Shown one piece after another: positions 18,876 to 20,000 of a stretch of DNA of 20,000 nucleotides (positions are counted from its first letter, which is position 1; the number at the start of each line of letters is the position of its first letter). The stretch is from Craspedostauros australis (lineage: Eukaryota). A program made the position numbers and the translations under genes. Below the pieces are notes generated by a model. The model saw nothing but the letters and a program-made list of their open reading frames with translations. It had not been told where the DNA came from and made no database searches. The DNA lies in contig JALAGF010006669.1 of the NCBI GenBank assembly GCA_030167865.1, forward strand, positions 49,058-69,057, written 5' to 3'.

Positions 18876-20000
18876 TTATGTTGTTGTTGTTGTACCATAT
18901 AGACTATAGTCTATAACTGTGAGCTGGAGGCGCTGTTGTACCGCCTCGTTTATTCCACAGGAGACCTGCATTGGGCACAGATACTGTAAGCAGGTCTTGT
19001 CTTGCCGTGTGATTGCATGCAATTGTGTATGCCAGCATATGCATAGTGCACGCACAGGCGGAACACGTGGTGGCACTGGCCGCTCCCACAGTGGATCAGG
19101 TGAAGCGTGCTGGACGTGTGGTTGAGTGTCAGGATGTTGGATGCAGATGGTGCACAGCGCATCCATGCCAGCTACTCTGGAGGAACCATGGTCTCAACAT
19201 TCGGCATGCCATGTGTCATGGCTAGAAGCCGTATTGCTCTGCTTGGATCGGTTTCCAGTAGGTTCTGGGCAAGCTGATGGAGGTGGGGAGGTATGGGCAT
19301 TTGCGGTAGCTCTAATATGGCTTCACAACGATTCCTTGCACTTGGACAACATGCCATGCTTGGCTTCTTCCCAGAGCTTGTGATTTCGGCCGGACCCTTG
19401 TTGTAGTGCCATGTGTTGGAGCTCGTAAGTTGCTTTGGTTTGCCAGTTCATGTCCTTGTGGTGGTGCAATCTTCACGGAGATATGGGACTGTGCTTTCTG
19501 TACTCTATTGACCGTGCACCCCATATCATCCCGTCCAGGCCGTCTCCGTGCTGGGCGTCCATGATGGTGGTGGTTGTCATGTGCCTGATTCCTTTTGGCG
19601 GAGTGCTGCTTTTACGTTTCAGGATGTGGAGAGCTTGGACGAGCAGGCCAGCTCTCCAAGCATGAACCTTGGGGAGCACGATGATGTCCCAGACTAGTTC
19701 AATGCAGGAGTCCCAAAATTATCTGCCTGCATGCACTGTTGTTGTTCTTATGCTACACAAGCAACTCCTTGTTGCTCTGTCATGTGTTCACAAACAACAC
19801 AATCATGATTGTGTTCAAAGTGTTTTATGCTCCTATTGCTCCTCTTGCTTCTCTTTGTTTTCTTTGTTCTTTCCTCTACCTTCAGAGACCTGGATTGCTC
19901 CTCCAGTCCAATTTGGTTCAGCCTGGGTTACTTCCTTGGTTGGCACAGCCAACTGAAGTTTTTTCAGCAGTCTTTGCGACGAATAGATTGAAAAGTGGTT
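18876..20000 (-). pseudogene. Decayed ORF relic of unknown type (possibly TE-derived), entering from the right edge
   Basis: Track ORFs 19473-19679 and 18876-19166 share one frame, which extends to 20000 with 8 internal stops (6 TGA, 1 TAA, 1 TAG), all one C>T change from CGA/CAA/CAG. The region is TG/CA-rich. No recognisable domain. Confidence 0.45.

Noticed and set aside
18898..18930. Helitron 3' end (hairpin + CTRR)
   Set aside because: The palindrome is AT-rich and loop-less. The nearby CTGG is not followed by T, and no CTRR follows on the minus strand.

Overview
Eukaryotic genomic DNA, most likely a diatom or related stramenopile: it has GT-AG introns, a DUF6824 gene and a signal peptide + 'AA|F' bipartite plastid-targeting leader. 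The centre of the window is a structurally complete ~6.8 kb PIF/Harbinger-superfamily DNA transposon (7409-14197). It has 22-bp TIRs (20/22 match) and an ATT target-site duplication, the ANT/AWT signature of the Pangu/Harbinger2 group. It encodes two convergent genes, a Myb/SANT-like partner (+) and an uninterrupted DDE transposase (-). Between them lie ~3 kb of unexplained cargo: a perfect 15-bp-stem hairpin and a ~2 kb array of about 126 visible 15-bp units, open on the minus strand as (D/N)(D/Y)G(V/I)(A/T) pentapeptides. The element sits in the shared upstream region of two divergent host genes (DUF3067 plastid protein and a DUF1757-like membrane protein). The flanks hold an ankyrin-repeat pseudogene, a 1428-aa disordered WW-domain protein, a two-exon CRAL-TRIO-like/DUF6824 gene, and a CpG-decayed ORF relic with two perfect palindromes at the right edge. 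All family assignments come from motif recognition by eye; no searches were run.
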